From contig CAVYTA010000005.1 of NCBI GenBank assembly GCA_963771355.1, forward strand, positions 96,001-160,000: a DNA stretch of 64,000 bases. Reading direction: 5' to 3'. Below are positions 17,223 through 26,898 of the stretch, one piece after another. Every line of letters starts with the position of its first letter. Within the stretch, counting starts at the first letter, position 1. This stretch comes from an uncultured Candidatus Rokubacteria bacterium (GTDB lineage: Bacteria; Methylomirabilota; Methylomirabilia; Rokubacteriales; CSP1-6). A program made the translations under genes and the position numbers. The notes under the pieces are model-generated. The model worked only from the letters and a program-made list of their open reading frames with translations. It ran no database searches and was not told where the DNA came from.

Positions 17223-17440
17223 TCAATCCGGAGGAAGCACCACGTTCGCCGCCCGGTAGAAGATGAGGATGAGGGCGATGGCCAGCATGCTCGTGCTGGA
17301 CGCCGCTCCCGCCACCCGATACCATGGTGGGACCAGTCCGAGCTCCAGCCAGCGCCCCGCCACCATCAGGCCGGCGAAGGCACCGATCGTGGTGTGCGTC
17401 ACCTGATCGTGGTGTGCGTCACCTGGACGAGCACCCGGGA
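17223..17440 (-). pseudogene. Membrane-protein C-terminal remnant (CopD-like, tentative)
   Basis: QVTHTTIGAFAGLMVAGRWLELGL...LILIFYRAANVVLPPD*. The frame is broken by a 20-bp tandem duplication and no N-terminal part is present. Confidence 0.35.
17385..17424. repeat. Perfect 20-bp tandem duplication
   Basis: GATCGTGGTGTGCGTCACCT occurs twice in tandem. Confidence 0.95.
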
Positions 17441-17482
17441 GCAAACGGGAGATTGTTGGTCGTCAAGAGGAGATCGAACACG

Positions 17483-18739
17483 ATGATGCGGACGGCCAGC
17501 GTGCTTCGCGCAATTGTCCGGTCCACCAATGCCGCAGGCTCGATGCTTAGCCGAGCCGGGCTGCCTCTCGTCTCGCTCGACGAGGGAAGTTTGCTCGACG
17601 CCGCCCGCCGCGCCACGGGGCTGGACGACCTGGGCGGCGACGGCTTTCGCGAGCCCTTGAGGATGGTGCTGCAGGGACTCGAAGCCGAGGCCCGGCTCAC
17701 GCTCGTGGGCCGCATCGCGGCGCGGCAAGACGTCATCGGCCTCCTCGCGAATCGCCTGCGTCTCGAGGAGGACGGCAAGCGGCATCCGGAGATCGGGGCG
17801 CAAGACGTCCCGCAGCCGCTCTTCATCGTGGGGCTGCCGCGCACGGGAAGCACGCTCCTCCACCACCTTCTGGCCCAGGACCCGGGCAGTCGCGTCGCCC
17901 AGGCATGGGAGGTCATGTTCCCGTCGCCGCCGCCCGAGGCCCGGAGGTACCAGACCGACCCGCGGATCGCCCGTGCCGCTCGGCAGCTCGCGTGGTTCGA
18001 TGCGCTCACCCCCGAGTTCAAGTCGATCCACCCCCTCGGGGCACAGCTCGCGCTCGAGTGCATCGCCATCATGAGTCCGACCTTTCTCTCCCCCCGCTTC
18101 CACACGACCTACCACGTGCCGACATACCAGGAGTGGCTCGAGCGACAAGACCTGCGCCCGGCCTACCGCTTTCACCGTCGGTTTCTCCAGCAGCTGCAAT
18201 GGCGGGCGCCGGCCCGGCGATGGGTCCTGAAGGCGCCCTCGCACCTCTTTGCCTTCGACGCGCTCCTGGAGACGTATCCCGACGCCCGCATCGTGCAGAC
18301 CCACCGCGATCCACTCACCGTGCTGGCGTCCGTCGCGAGCCTGACCGCCGTCCTCCAGCGCGCGTTCACCGACGACCTTAACCCCCTCGAGATCGGCCGC
18401 GAGGTGAGCCGGCGCTGGACGAACGGGCTCGACCGGGCCATGCGGCTCCGGCGCAGCGGCCGAGTTCTCGCCGAGCGATTCATCGACGTGCACTATCACG
18501 AGATGGTCCGTGACCCCATGGCGGTGGTGCGGCGGATCTACGCGCACTTCGACATCCCGCTGACCGAGGCCGCGGCGGAGTCGATGCGCCGGTTCCTCGC
18601 CGAGAACCCCAAGGACAAGCACGGCGCCCATCGGTACTCCCTGAGCTCGTTCGGGCTCGAGGCGGACGATCTTGCCCGGCGGTTCAAGGCCTATCGCGAG
18701 TTTTACGGCGTGCCCCGGGAAGAGGTTTCGCCGCAGTGA
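17483..18739 (+). CDS. Sulfotransferase family protein (Sulfotransfer_3-like)
   Basis: FIVGLPRTGSTLLH PAPS-binding loop, WVLKAPSH, IVQTHRDP. GAGGAG RBS. Confidence 0.9.
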   Translation: MMRTASVLRAIVRSTNAAGSMLSRAGLPLVSLDEGSLLDAARRATGLDDLGGDGFREPLRMVLQGLEAEARLTLVGRIAARQDVIGLLANRLRLEEDGKRHPEIGAQDVPQPLFIVGLPRTGSTLLHHLLAQDPGSRVAQAWEVMFPSPPPEARRYQTDPRIARAARQLAWFDALTPEFKSIHPLGAQLALECIAIMSPTFLSPRFHTTYHVPTYQEWLERQDLRPAYRFHRRFLQQLQWRAPARRWVLKAPSHLFAFDALLETYPDARIVQTHRDPLTVLASVASLTAVLQRAFTDDLNPLEIGREVSRRWTNGLDRAMRLRRSGRVLAERFIDVHYHEMVRDPMAVVRRIYAHFDIPLTEAAAESMRRFLAENPKDKHGAHRYSLSSFGLEADDLARRFKAYREFYGVPREEVSPQ

Positions 18740-18748
18740 GGCGCGACA

Positions 18749-20464
18749 CTACCTGACGAAGCCCTGGCGTTCGAGATACTCGAGCACTCGGCGTGCGTTC
18801 TGATCGGGGCCGGTGACCACGGTGTCGAGGGTGATCTCGGGGGACTCCGGCGTCTCGTAGGGGTCGTCGATACCCGTGAACCCCGTGATTTCTCCGCGCC
18901 GGGCTTTCGCGTAGACACCTTTGCTGTCGCGCCGCTCGCAGACCTCCAGCGGCGTGTCCACGAAGACCTCGACGAAGTGATCGGCCCCCACCAGGTGGCG
19001 CACCTCGTCGCGCGTCGTGCGGTACGGGCTCACCGCCGCGCACAGGGCCACGCCCCCGTGCCGCACGATCTCGGCGGCGACGAATCCGATACGCCGGATA
19101 TTGGTGTCGCGGTCCTCCTTGCTGAAGCCCAGGCCCTTGGATAGGTGGGTGCGTACCACGTCACCGTCCAGCACGGTGATCTGCCGGCCGCGCTCGAGCA
19201 GCAGCACGGTGAGGATCTCGGCGGTGGTGGACTTGCCGGCGCCGCTGAGCCCGGTGAACCACACGCACACGCCCTGTCGGTGGCGCGGAGGGTAGGTGTC
19301 CATGAGGATCTGGCCGACCTCGGGCCGGGTAAACCAACCGGGGAGCTTCTCGCCGGCGTTGAGGAAATCTTCACGGACCTGGGTGCCCGAGATGGAGGCA
19401 GTCCGCGCGTTCGTGGGGATGCGCGAAATCTCCTCGTAACGGTCCTCGTCGGGCAGGTACATCATCTCGCCGAACGGCAGCATCCCGATGCCCAGCTCCT
19501 CCTGGAAGCGCCCGACCAGCTCCTGGGCGTCGTAGGCCCCGTAGAAGGGCTTGCCGGCGGAGTCCAGGCCGGGGCTGGCGTGATCGCGGCCGACGATGAA
19601 GTGGCTCGCCCCATGATTGCGCCGGATAAGAGCGTGCCACACTGCCTCGCGCGGTCCCGCCATGCGCATGGCGAGCGGGAGGAGGGCCAGGAGCACGCGC
19701 CCACGCTCGTAGTAGCGCTCGACCAGCACCTTGTAGGTCCGCACGCGCGTGTAGTAGTCCACGTCGCCCGGCTTGGTCATCCCCACCACCGGGTGCAGGA
19801 GTAGGGTGCCTGCCACCGCGTCGGCCGCGCGCCGGGTGAGCTCCTCATGGGCCCGATGCAGCGGATTCCGCGTCTGGAATGCGACGACATTGGCGGCGCC
19901 TAGGGCGGCGAGCCGGGCGCGGGTCTCGGCGGGGGTCAGGCGGATGTCGCGGAAGTCATGACGCGGCGGCAGGGCCAGGATCTGCAAGGGGCCCGACAGG
20001 TTGATGTCACCCCACCGCTGCGTCTCGGCGACCAGCGGGTGGCGCACATCGCACGTACCGAGAACCTGCTGCGCTGTCGCCGCCCGATCCCACTCGTAGG
20101 CCTCATCGATCGTCATGAGCCCCAGCAGCTCGTTGTGGGCGTCGCGGAGCGCCACCTGCTGGTCGAGGCGCACTGCCGGCGTCCGGTCCACCGGCAGGAC
20201 GACGGGGATGGGAAAGAGCTGGCCGGTTGCCAGCCGCATCTCGCCTACCACCCGCTCGAAGTCGCTCCGGCTCATGAAACGGTTGAGTGGCGAGAACCCG
20301 CCGGTGGCCAGGAGCTCGAGGTCATAGACCGCGCGCTCCGAGAGCTGGATCGAGGGAAGACGATTGGCGCGGGCGCGCAGCTCGGCCTGGGCTTCTGCGG
20401 GGACAATCAGGTTGACGAGAGACCCGCCGACGGGCGGGACCAACCCGGTAGAGGACGTGGTCAT
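18749..20464 (-). CDS. sat: Bifunctional sulfate adenylyltransferase / adenylylsulfate kinase (Sat-CysC fusion)
   Basis: AFQTRNPLHRAHE, GRDHA and ISGTQVR (Sat). WFTGLSGAGKST, LDGDVVR and FTGIDDPYE (APS kinase). Confidence 0.95.
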   Translation of the reverse strand: MTTSSTGLVPPVGGSLVNLIVPAEAQAELRARANRLPSIQLSERAVYDLELLATGGFSPLNRFMSRSDFERVVGEMRLATGQLFPIPVVLPVDRTPAVRLDQQVALRDAHNELLGLMTIDEAYEWDRAATAQQVLGTCDVRHPLVAETQRWGDINLSGPLQILALPPRHDFRDIRLTPAETRARLAALGAANVVAFQTRNPLHRAHEELTRRAADAVAGTLLLHPVVGMTKPGDVDYYTRVRTYKVLVERYYERGRVLLALLPLAMRMAGPREAVWHALIRRNHGASHFIVGRDHASPGLDSAGKPFYGAYDAQELVGRFQEELGIGMLPFGEMMYLPDEDRYEEISRIPTNARTASISGTQVREDFLNAGEKLPGWFTRPEVGQILMDTYPPRHRQGVCVWFTGLSGAGKSTTAEILTVLLLERGRQITVLDGDVVRTHLSKGLGFSKEDRDTNIRRIGFVAAEIVRHGGVALCAAVSPYRTTRDEVRHLVGADHFVEVFVDTPLEVCERRDSKGVYAKARRGEITGFTGIDDPYETPESPEITLDTVVTGPDQNARRVLEYLERQGFVR

Positions 20465-20659
20465 GTGACTCTCCTGGCGCTAAGTGGAATTGGCCAGGGG
20501 CATTCTACTCGCGGCCGACGGAGCCGCAGCATAGGACTTAGGGCCTATGCCAACTGCTTCCGGACCTTCTCCGGGGATTGTTCGACCCCAGCTGCCCCGC
20601 CGACGGATTCCGCGAGCGCTGCCTCGAGTGGGCCAACGTGGATGCATGTCGAACGTGAC

Positions 20660-20867
20660 GTTGAAGGACGTCTCGGTGAAGCGATCCCACCTCGACGACA
20701 TCAATGCCGCTGGATCTGGCCGATGAAGGTGCGCGTGCGCTCCTGGGCGGGGTTCTCGAAGATGGCGGCGGGCGGACCCTGCTCCACGATGGCGCCCTCA
20801 TCCATGAAGAGGACCCGGTCGGCGGCGTTCCGGGCAAAGCCCATCTCGTGGCTGACCACGATCATGG
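20660..20867. repeat. Direct repeat copy 2: ATPase 3' end plus a diverged, truncated permease start
   Basis: 20701..20867 is near-identical to 17002..17168. 20660..20704 encodes MMSSRWDRFTETSFN, versus LSGNWDRFTDTFFN at the intact permease start. Confidence 0.85.
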
Positions 20868-21441
20868 TCATGCCGCTCTCGCGCAAGGAGCGCATGACCT
20901 CGAGCACCGAGCCCACCAGCTCCGGATCGAGCGCGCTGGTCGGCTCGTCGAACAACATGACCCGAGGCTCGAGCGCGATCGCGCGCGCGATGGCCACTCG
21001 TTGCTGCTGGCCGCCCGAGAGCTGGCCCGGCGTGTGACCGGCGCGGTCACCGAGGCCGACCCGCTCCAGGGCGGCCTGGCCCAGCGCCTCGGCGCCGGCA
21101 CGCGACTTGCCCGCGACCTTGCGGAGCGCGAGCGTCACGTTGCCGAGCGCCGTCATGTGCGGATAGAGATTGAAGGACTGGAACACCATGCCGATGCGCT
21201 GGCGGGCATGGTTGATGTCGGTCCGCGGGTCGAGCATGTCGATACCGTCCACCACCACGCTGCCGGAGGACGGCTCCTCCAGTCGATTGAGGCAGCGCAG
21301 CAGGGTCGACTTGCCCGAGCCCGACGGCCCGATGACGAACACCAGCTCGCGCTCGGCCACCCGGAGATCGACACCCTTCAGGACATGAAGGGCGCCGAAA
21401 TGCTTGTGGAGGCCGCGCGCGTCGACGATCGGGTTGTTCAT
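20701..21441 (-). CDS. Polar amino-acid ABC transporter ATP-binding protein (GlnQ-like)
   Basis: GPSGSGKST, LSGGQQQRVAIAR, LFDEPTSALDPE, VSHEMGFA. Confidence 0.95.
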   Translation of the reverse strand: MNNPIVDARGLHKHFGALHVLKGVDLRVAERELVFVIGPSGSGKSTLLRCLNRLEEPSSGSVVVDGIDMLDPRTDINHARQRIGMVFQSFNLYPHMTALGNVTLALRKVAGKSRAGAEALGQAALERVGLGDRAGHTPGQLSGGQQQRVAIARAIALEPRVMLFDEPTSALDPELVGSVLEVMRSLRESGMTMIVVSHEMGFARNAADRVLFMDEGAIVEQGPPAAIFENPAQERTRTFIGQIQRH

Positions 21442-21450
21442 TCCCTCAGG

Positions 21451-22302
21451 TCAGCTGCACTTGAGCTCGTGCGGCGTGGGGTCGTAGCCCGGCATGCCCG
21501 GCACGCCGTAGCCCGGCGTGATCACCACCTCGAGGCCGTCGGCCGGCGGCTTGCGGCCGAACCACTTCTCGGAAAGCTTGGCGATGCTGCCGTCCTTCTT
21601 CATGCAGTCGAGCGCATCCTGGAGCTCGGCGCGGAGCTTCGGGTTGTTCTTGGGCACCGGCGCCGCCCAGTGGGCGCGCGTGTCCTTGAGCTCCAGGTCG
21701 GCCACGAATTGCGGGTTCTTCGACGCGGCGTAGACGATGGTGGTGTTGCCGCCGAGGGTCGCATAGGCGCGGCCGGAGAGGACCGCCTGGGTGGCGTCCG
21801 GCTGGTTGTCGTAGACCTGTACCGTGAAGTCGTGCTCGGCACCCTTGGCCTTGGACAGCGTCTCATACGGGGTGCCCTTGTTGACGGCCACCGACTTCCC
21901 CTTGAGGTCGGTCCAGTCCTTGATCGGGGCCGAGCCCTTCTTGATGCCGAACTGGTACGCGGTCCACAGGTAGCCCGCGGTGAACAGCATGTTCTCCGCC
22001 CGCTCCTTGGTCACCGTGGTCGGCGCGGCGATGAAGTCGTAGCGGCCGGACTGCATGCCCGGGATCAGGGTGGAGAAGCTCACGGCGTCGATGGTGATCT
22101 CGCGCTTCAGGCGGCGCGCGACCTCGGTGAAAAGGTCGATCTGGAAGCCCTCGACGCCGCCGCCCATCTTGGGCATGGCGTGCGGCGCGAAGGTGCCATC
22201 GACGCCGGTCCTGAGCGGCGGAAGCTTGTCCTGGGCGAGCGCGGGACCCGCGCAGAGAAGAGCGGTTACCGCAATGGCGGCAAAGCGACGATGCATCATC
22301 AT
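21451..22302 (-). CDS. Polar amino-acid ABC substrate-binding protein (SBP_bac_3)
   Basis: Signal peptide ending ALA-Q, GFQIDL, GRYDFI, KLSEKWFG. Confidence 0.9.
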   Translation of the reverse strand: MMMHRRFAAIAVTALLCAGPALAQDKLPPLRTGVDGTFAPHAMPKMGGGVEGFQIDLFTEVARRLKREITIDAVSFSTLIPGMQSGRYDFIAAPTTVTKERAENMLFTAGYLWTAYQFGIKKGSAPIKDWTDLKGKSVAVNKGTPYETLSKAKGAEHDFTVQVYDNQPDATQAVLSGRAYATLGGNTTIVYAASKNPQFVADLELKDTRAHWAAPVPKNNPKLRAELQDALDCMKKDGSIAKLSEKWFGRKPPADGLEVVITPGYGVPGMPGYDPTPHELKCS

Positions 22303-22354
22303 GAGCCTCCCAAAGAAAGTAAGGTGACGTGCCCCGGCAACAATATCAATCCCG

Positions 22355-23641
22355 CTACTTCACGAAACCCAGGAGGCGCGGGATGAGGAGCACGGTGTCA
22401 GGGATGAAAGCCACCAGGAGCAGCACGGCCACGATGGCGGCCAGGAAGGGCAAGAGCGGCTTCACGAGCTTTTCCATGGGCAGGCCGCTGATGGCCATGC
22501 CGAGGAAGAGGCAGAGCCCGACCGGTGGGGTGACGTGGCCGATGGCGGAGGCGATGACGCAGACCATCCCGAAGTGGATGGGATGAATGCCGAGGGACTG
22601 AGCCCCGGGCAGCAGCACCGGCACGGTGACGAGGATGATCTCCGATGGCGTCAGGAACGTCCCGAGGAAGATGTAGAGGAAGATCACGATGATCATGAAT
22701 CCCCACCAGCTCGGCGCCACCGCCGTGATCGCCTCGGCGACGCGGAAGGGGAACTTGGAGTAGGTCAGCACCCAGCCGAAGGCGCCCACCAGCCCGATGA
22801 TGAGGCCGATCACGCCGCTGAGCCGCGCGGAGTCGGCGAAGATCTCCGGCATGTCGCGCCACGACAGCTCCCGGTAGAAGAGCGGCGGGACGAGGAGCGC
22901 GTAGACGACGGCCACCGCGGCCGCCTCGGTGGGCGTGAACCAGCCGATGAGGATGCCGCCCATGATGATGACGGGGATCATGATGGCGGGCAGCGCGTTC
23001 CGGAGGGCCTGAGCGAATTGGGCGCGGGTAGGCGGCGGCTCCTTCGGATAGTTGCGCTTCCGGGCGATGATGAAAGTCGGCACCGCCATCCCGATGCCGA
23101 CCAGCAGGCCGGGGAGATAGCCCCCGGCGAAGATGGCGGCCACCGATTCGTCCGCCATCCACGCGTAGATGACGGCCACGATCGACGGCGGGATGATGGG
23201 GGCCAGGATGGCGGTGCAGATGGTCAGCACCGTCGCGAAGTCCTTGTCGTAGCCTTTGCGGACCATCTGGGGGATGAGGAAGGTGCCCAGGGCGGAGACG
23301 TCGGCCACCGCCGAGCCGGAGATGCCGCCGAAGATCATGCTGTCCACGATGTTCACGTAGGCGAGGCCGCCCCGGAACCGCCCTACCAGCACGGTCGCGA
23401 GGTCGATGATGGCCCGGGCCACGCCGCCCCGCGCCGCGATATTGCCGGCGAGGATGAAGAGCGGGGCAGCGAGGAGCAGGAACGAGTCCGAGAGCAGTCC
23501 CACGAAACGCGTAGGGATGATGATCGGATTCAGCGTGGGGAAGACCAAGGCGGCGGCCAGGGTGCCCACCCCGAGCGCGATGCCGATGGGCATCCCGAGG
23601 ACGACGAAGATGACGAAGACGATCAGGAGGGTTTCCGCCAT
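22355..23641 (-). CDS. dctM: TRAP transporter large permease
   Basis: GGISGSAVAD, PIIPPS, FTPTEAA, IHPIHFG, TPPVG. Confidence 0.93.
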   Translation of the reverse strand: MAETLLIVFVIFVVLGMPIGIALGVGTLAAALVFPTLNPIIIPTRFVGLLSDSFLLLAAPLFILAGNIAARGGVARAIIDLATVLVGRFRGGLAYVNIVDSMIFGGISGSAVADVSALGTFLIPQMVRKGYDKDFATVLTICTAILAPIIPPSIVAVIYAWMADESVAAIFAGGYLPGLLVGIGMAVPTFIIARKRNYPKEPPPTRAQFAQALRNALPAIMIPVIIMGGILIGWFTPTEAAAVAVVYALLVPPLFYRELSWRDMPEIFADSARLSGVIGLIIGLVGAFGWVLTYSKFPFRVAEAITAVAPSWWGFMIIVIFLYIFLGTFLTPSEIILVTVPVLLPGAQSLGIHPIHFGMVCVIASAIGHVTPPVGLCLFLGMAISGLPMEKLVKPLLPFLAAIVAVLLLVAFIPDTVLLIPRLLGFVK

Positions 23642-24141
23642 AGGGCCCTCAGCGAGACGGCGAGATTTCGCAGCATCGGCGGCAGGATGAGAAGGGCGCC
23701 CACAGGGACGGCGGCGTACACCCAGCCGAGCGGCAAGCTGAGCCCGGCGCTGGACTGGAGCTGCGCGTTCGGCACGAGGACCCAGCTCGAGCGGAGGAGT
23801 GACAGAAAAAAGAGAATCGCCGCCCCGTTGACGACGACGCTGATGAGCGCGCCGGCCCGCGGCCCCATGCGCTCCACGAAGTACTCGAGGCGAGTGTGCT
23901 CGCCGCGCTGCATGGCGGCGGCGGCGCCGATCATGACGAGCCAGACGAACAGATAACGCGGGACCTCGTCGAGACCGTCGATGCCGGCAAACCCGCTGAA
24001 GCGCATGATCACCTGGGCGAAGACGGCCAGGGTCATGACGGCCAGAAGCAGGCCGCCCAGGTAGCCGAGCCCCCGGTAGGTCACGCGCGCCCAGCGGTCG
24101 AAGGCGTTGTAGGGAGCGGGGTCGAGCGGGCCCCCCGCCAC
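23623..24141 (-). CDS. dctQ: TRAP transporter small permease
   Basis: QVIMRF, EVPRYLFVWLVMIGAA, four TM segments, located between dctP and dctM. Confidence 0.88.
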   Translation of the reverse strand: MAGGPLDPAPYNAFDRWARVTYRGLGYLGGLLLAVMTLAVFAQVIMRFSGFAGIDGLDEVPRYLFVWLVMIGAAAAMQRGEHTRLEYFVERMGPRAGALISVVVNGAAILFFLSLLRSSWVLVPNAQLQSSAGLSLPLGWVYAAVPVGALLILPPMLRNLAVSLRALWRKPS

Positions 24142-24142
24142 G

Positions 24143-25141
24143 CTACTTGATGCTCAGGATGTAGTCGACCATCTTGCGGGCGTCCTTGCCCGCCGGGGTC
24201 GCGTAGAACTCCTCGTACACGCTCATCGTCGCCTGCCGGAACGGCGTGGCATCGGGCTTGGTGATGGTCACGCCCTTGGCCTTCACCTGCTCCTGGATAC
24301 CTTTGTCCTCGTCGAGGATGAAGGTGCGGTTCCACTGCTCGGCGTGCCGGGCCGCGTCCATGATGGCCTTCTGCCCGGCCGCGTCCTGCTTCGCCCACGA
24401 GGCCTTGGACATGATGAGGGCCACGCACTGATGCGTGTGCCGGACATCCGCCACGTACTTGACGATGTCGTAGAACTTGTTGTGGTAGAAGGTGTTGATC
24501 CCGCCCTCCGCCGCGTCGATCACCTTGGTCTGGAGCGACGTCGCCACCTCCGGGAACGCGATGGGCGTCGAGATCATTCCCAGCGCCTTGAAGGTCGCCA
24601 CCAGGATCTTGTCCTCCTGGACGCGGATCTTCTTGCCCTTCACGTCGGCGACCGAGTTGACGGGGAAATGGCCATAGATCCCGCGGTAGCCTGCGGCGAA
24701 GAAGGCGACGAGCTTGAGACCCTTCTTGTCGAGGACCGGATCGTAGTACTTCTTCAGGGTGTCGGTGCCGTCGAGGGCGGCGTAGACATGCTGGTAGTCG
24801 CGGAAGATGTAGGGGAGCTGGAACACGCTCATCTCCGGCACGAGGGTCGAGAGCGGAGCGGTGGTCATCGGCGACAAATCGACGGTGCCGAGCTGGACCT
24901 GCTGCCCCACCTCGCGCTCGCCGCCGAGGGCCCCCGAGTGGTGGTGGACGACCTTGAGCTTGCCGCCCGTCAGCTCGGCGAGCTTGTCGTTGAACTGCTG
25001 TGCGGCCAGCGCGGTTCCGTGCTTGGGCGGATTGACGTTGCCCATGACCAGCTCGGTGGGCTGAGCCAGGGCCGGGCCCGTGACGGCGAGGACACCCGAG
25101 GACAGCAGCGCGACGAGGGCGAGGCGCTTGAAACCGGTCAT
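24143..25141 (-). CDS. dctP: TRAP transporter substrate-binding protein
   Basis: Signal peptide, GALGGERE, LPYIFRD, KGKKIRV, SLQTKVIDAAE. AAGGAGG RBS. Confidence 0.92.
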   Translation of the reverse strand: MTGFKRLALVALLSSGVLAVTGPALAQPTELVMGNVNPPKHGTALAAQQFNDKLAELTGGKLKVVHHHSGALGGEREVGQQVQLGTVDLSPMTTAPLSTLVPEMSVFQLPYIFRDYQHVYAALDGTDTLKKYYDPVLDKKGLKLVAFFAAGYRGIYGHFPVNSVADVKGKKIRVQEDKILVATFKALGMISTPIAFPEVATSLQTKVIDAAEGGINTFYHNKFYDIVKYVADVRHTHQCVALIMSKASWAKQDAAGQKAIMDAARHAEQWNRTFILDEDKGIQEQVKAKGVTITKPDATPFRQATMSVYEEFYATPAGKDARKMVDYILSIK

Positions 25142-25289
25142 GGTCTTACCTCCTTGTGGGTTGCCGGGGATGATCGTCTCCGGCGCCTGCGGTGTCAAGA
25201 GCAGTGGCTTGGAAGGGATCGCCGCCCGTCGACGGCACCGATAGGACACCGGACGGCTGGGCGTGAGACGATGGCTTGGGAATTCAAGG

Positions 25290-25661
25290 ATGCCGGAGAT
25301 CCGCTCGATCAACGCGGTAACGTTTGCCACGTCGGACATGGCCCGCGCGGTGCGGTTCTATGAGGCGCTCGGCTTCTCGAAAGCCTATGGGGGCGAGACC
25401 GCGGCCTTCACGTCGTTCCGGGTCGGCCCGGGATCCCTGAATCTCACGCGGGCGGACGATCAGCCGCCGTTCACGGGAATGGTGCGCGTGATTTTCTACG
25501 TCGACGATGTTGACGCCATGTACGCGCGTGTGCTGGCCCGCGGTTTCGCGCCGGAGGCGCCGCCTCGAGACGCGGAATGGGGCGAGCGCTATTTTCACCT
25601 GACCGACCCTGACGGCCACGCCCTTTCCTTCGCACGGCCCTTACGGGCTGCCGACGGATAG
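25290..25661 (+). CDS. VOC/glyoxalase family protein
   Basis: DMARAVRFYEALG, FYVDDVDA, WGERYFHLTDPDGH. Confidence 0.88.
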   Translation: MPEIRSINAVTFATSDMARAVRFYEALGFSKAYGGETAAFTSFRVGPGSLNLTRADDQPPFTGMVRVIFYVDDVDAMYARVLARGFAPEAPPRDAEWGERYFHLTDPDGHALSFARPLRAADG

Positions 25662-25896
25662 CGCGCGATTGACCGCCCCTACTCGACCGGGTGCGCGCTA
25701 GTCCTGCTTTGCTCGGGGGGCGTCGATTGCCGCGACCGACTGAACAGCGGGGCGTCCCTTCGACGGATCGGAAGTCGGCGCACGATCTTCGCTGGGCTCC
25801 GAGCGGCCTTCTTCGCGGCTCCCTCCAAGCGCTCTGAGACCGCCGAGGGGAGCGTGTCGCTCGGGGAGCGACGCGGCCGGACCGAGCCCGGGACGG

Positions 25897-26766
25897 CTAC
25901 TTCTTCCCGCCCTGGGCCTTCCGTGCGGGGGTCGTGGCGGCGGGCTCGGTACGGGCGACCTTGACGGGAGGCTTGCGTGGGGCGGCCCCGGCGGCGCGCT
26001 TGGCGAGGCTCTCCTTGAGGGCCTCCATGAGATCGATAACCTGGCTCCGCGGTGCCTCGGCGGTCGCCGTCGTGATCTCCTTGCCCTCGACCTTCTGGTT
26101 CACCATGTCGAGGATGCGCTCGCGATACTCGTCCCGGTACTGGTCGGGCTTGAACTCCTCGGTCGAGAGCTCGTCGACCAGCTTCCGGGCGAGCTCCCCT
26201 TCGCGCTCCTGGACCTTGGCGGACTTTCCCTTGTCGATCTCGCCGAAGTCGCGCACCTCGTCGGCAAAGTACATCGTGTGGAGCATGAGGCCGTCCTGCG
26301 CGGGGCGGACCAGGACGAGGCTCTCCTTGCCGCGCATGAGGAACCGGGCGACCGCCACGCGGTTGGCCTTGGCCATGGTCTCGGCGAGGAGTCGATAGGC
26401 CTTGTCTCCGCCCTTGTCGGGTCCGAGGTAGTACGTCTTCTCGAAGTAGATCGGATCCACCTGGGTGAGGGGCACGAACTCCGCGATGTCGATCACCTTG
26501 GAGTCCTCGCCCTCGAGCGACTTGAGCTCCTCGTCGCTCACCCGCACGTACTGGTCCTTGGAGAACTCGTAGCCGCGCACGAGCTCGTTCCGCTCGACCA
26601 CCACCTGGCAGGCGGGACAGAATGTCTGCTGCTTGATGCGGGATCCGCACTTGGCGTGGAGCATGTTGAAGGCCACGTTCGCGGAGACCGCGGCGGAGTA
26701 GAGCTTCACGGGGATGGAGACGAGCCCGAAGGAGATGGTGCCGGACCCGATGGAATGCGGCGGCAT
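25897..26766 (-). CDS. ku: Ku protein (NHEJ)
   Basis: GTISFGLVSIPVKLYSA, VDPIYFEKTYYL, VIDLMEALKESL and a basic C-terminal tail. Confidence 0.96.
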   Translation of the reverse strand: MPPHSIGSGTISFGLVSIPVKLYSAAVSANVAFNMLHAKCGSRIKQQTFCPACQVVVERNELVRGYEFSKDQYVRVSDEELKSLEGEDSKVIDIAEFVPLTQVDPIYFEKTYYLGPDKGGDKAYRLLAETMAKANRVAVARFLMRGKESLVLVRPAQDGLMLHTMYFADEVRDFGEIDKGKSAKVQEREGELARKLVDELSTEEFKPDQYRDEYRERILDMVNQKVEGKEITTATAEAPRSQVIDLMEALKESLAKRAAGAAPRKPPVKVARTEPAATTPARKAQGGKK

Positions 26767-26898
26767 GGAGCACTCCTCCTGTATGGTGAACTGAATTCGA
26801 CGGTATCACGGGCTTCTCGGGGGTTCAAAACCTTGGCAGCGTCGGCGGCCGGCTCCAATGGATAGGGTGCGAGGCGGCGGTCATGGGCGAGGGATGGT

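Noticed and set aside
17385..17424. Possible CRISPR or iteron array
   Set aside because: There are only two adjacent copies, with no spacer and no cas or rep gene.
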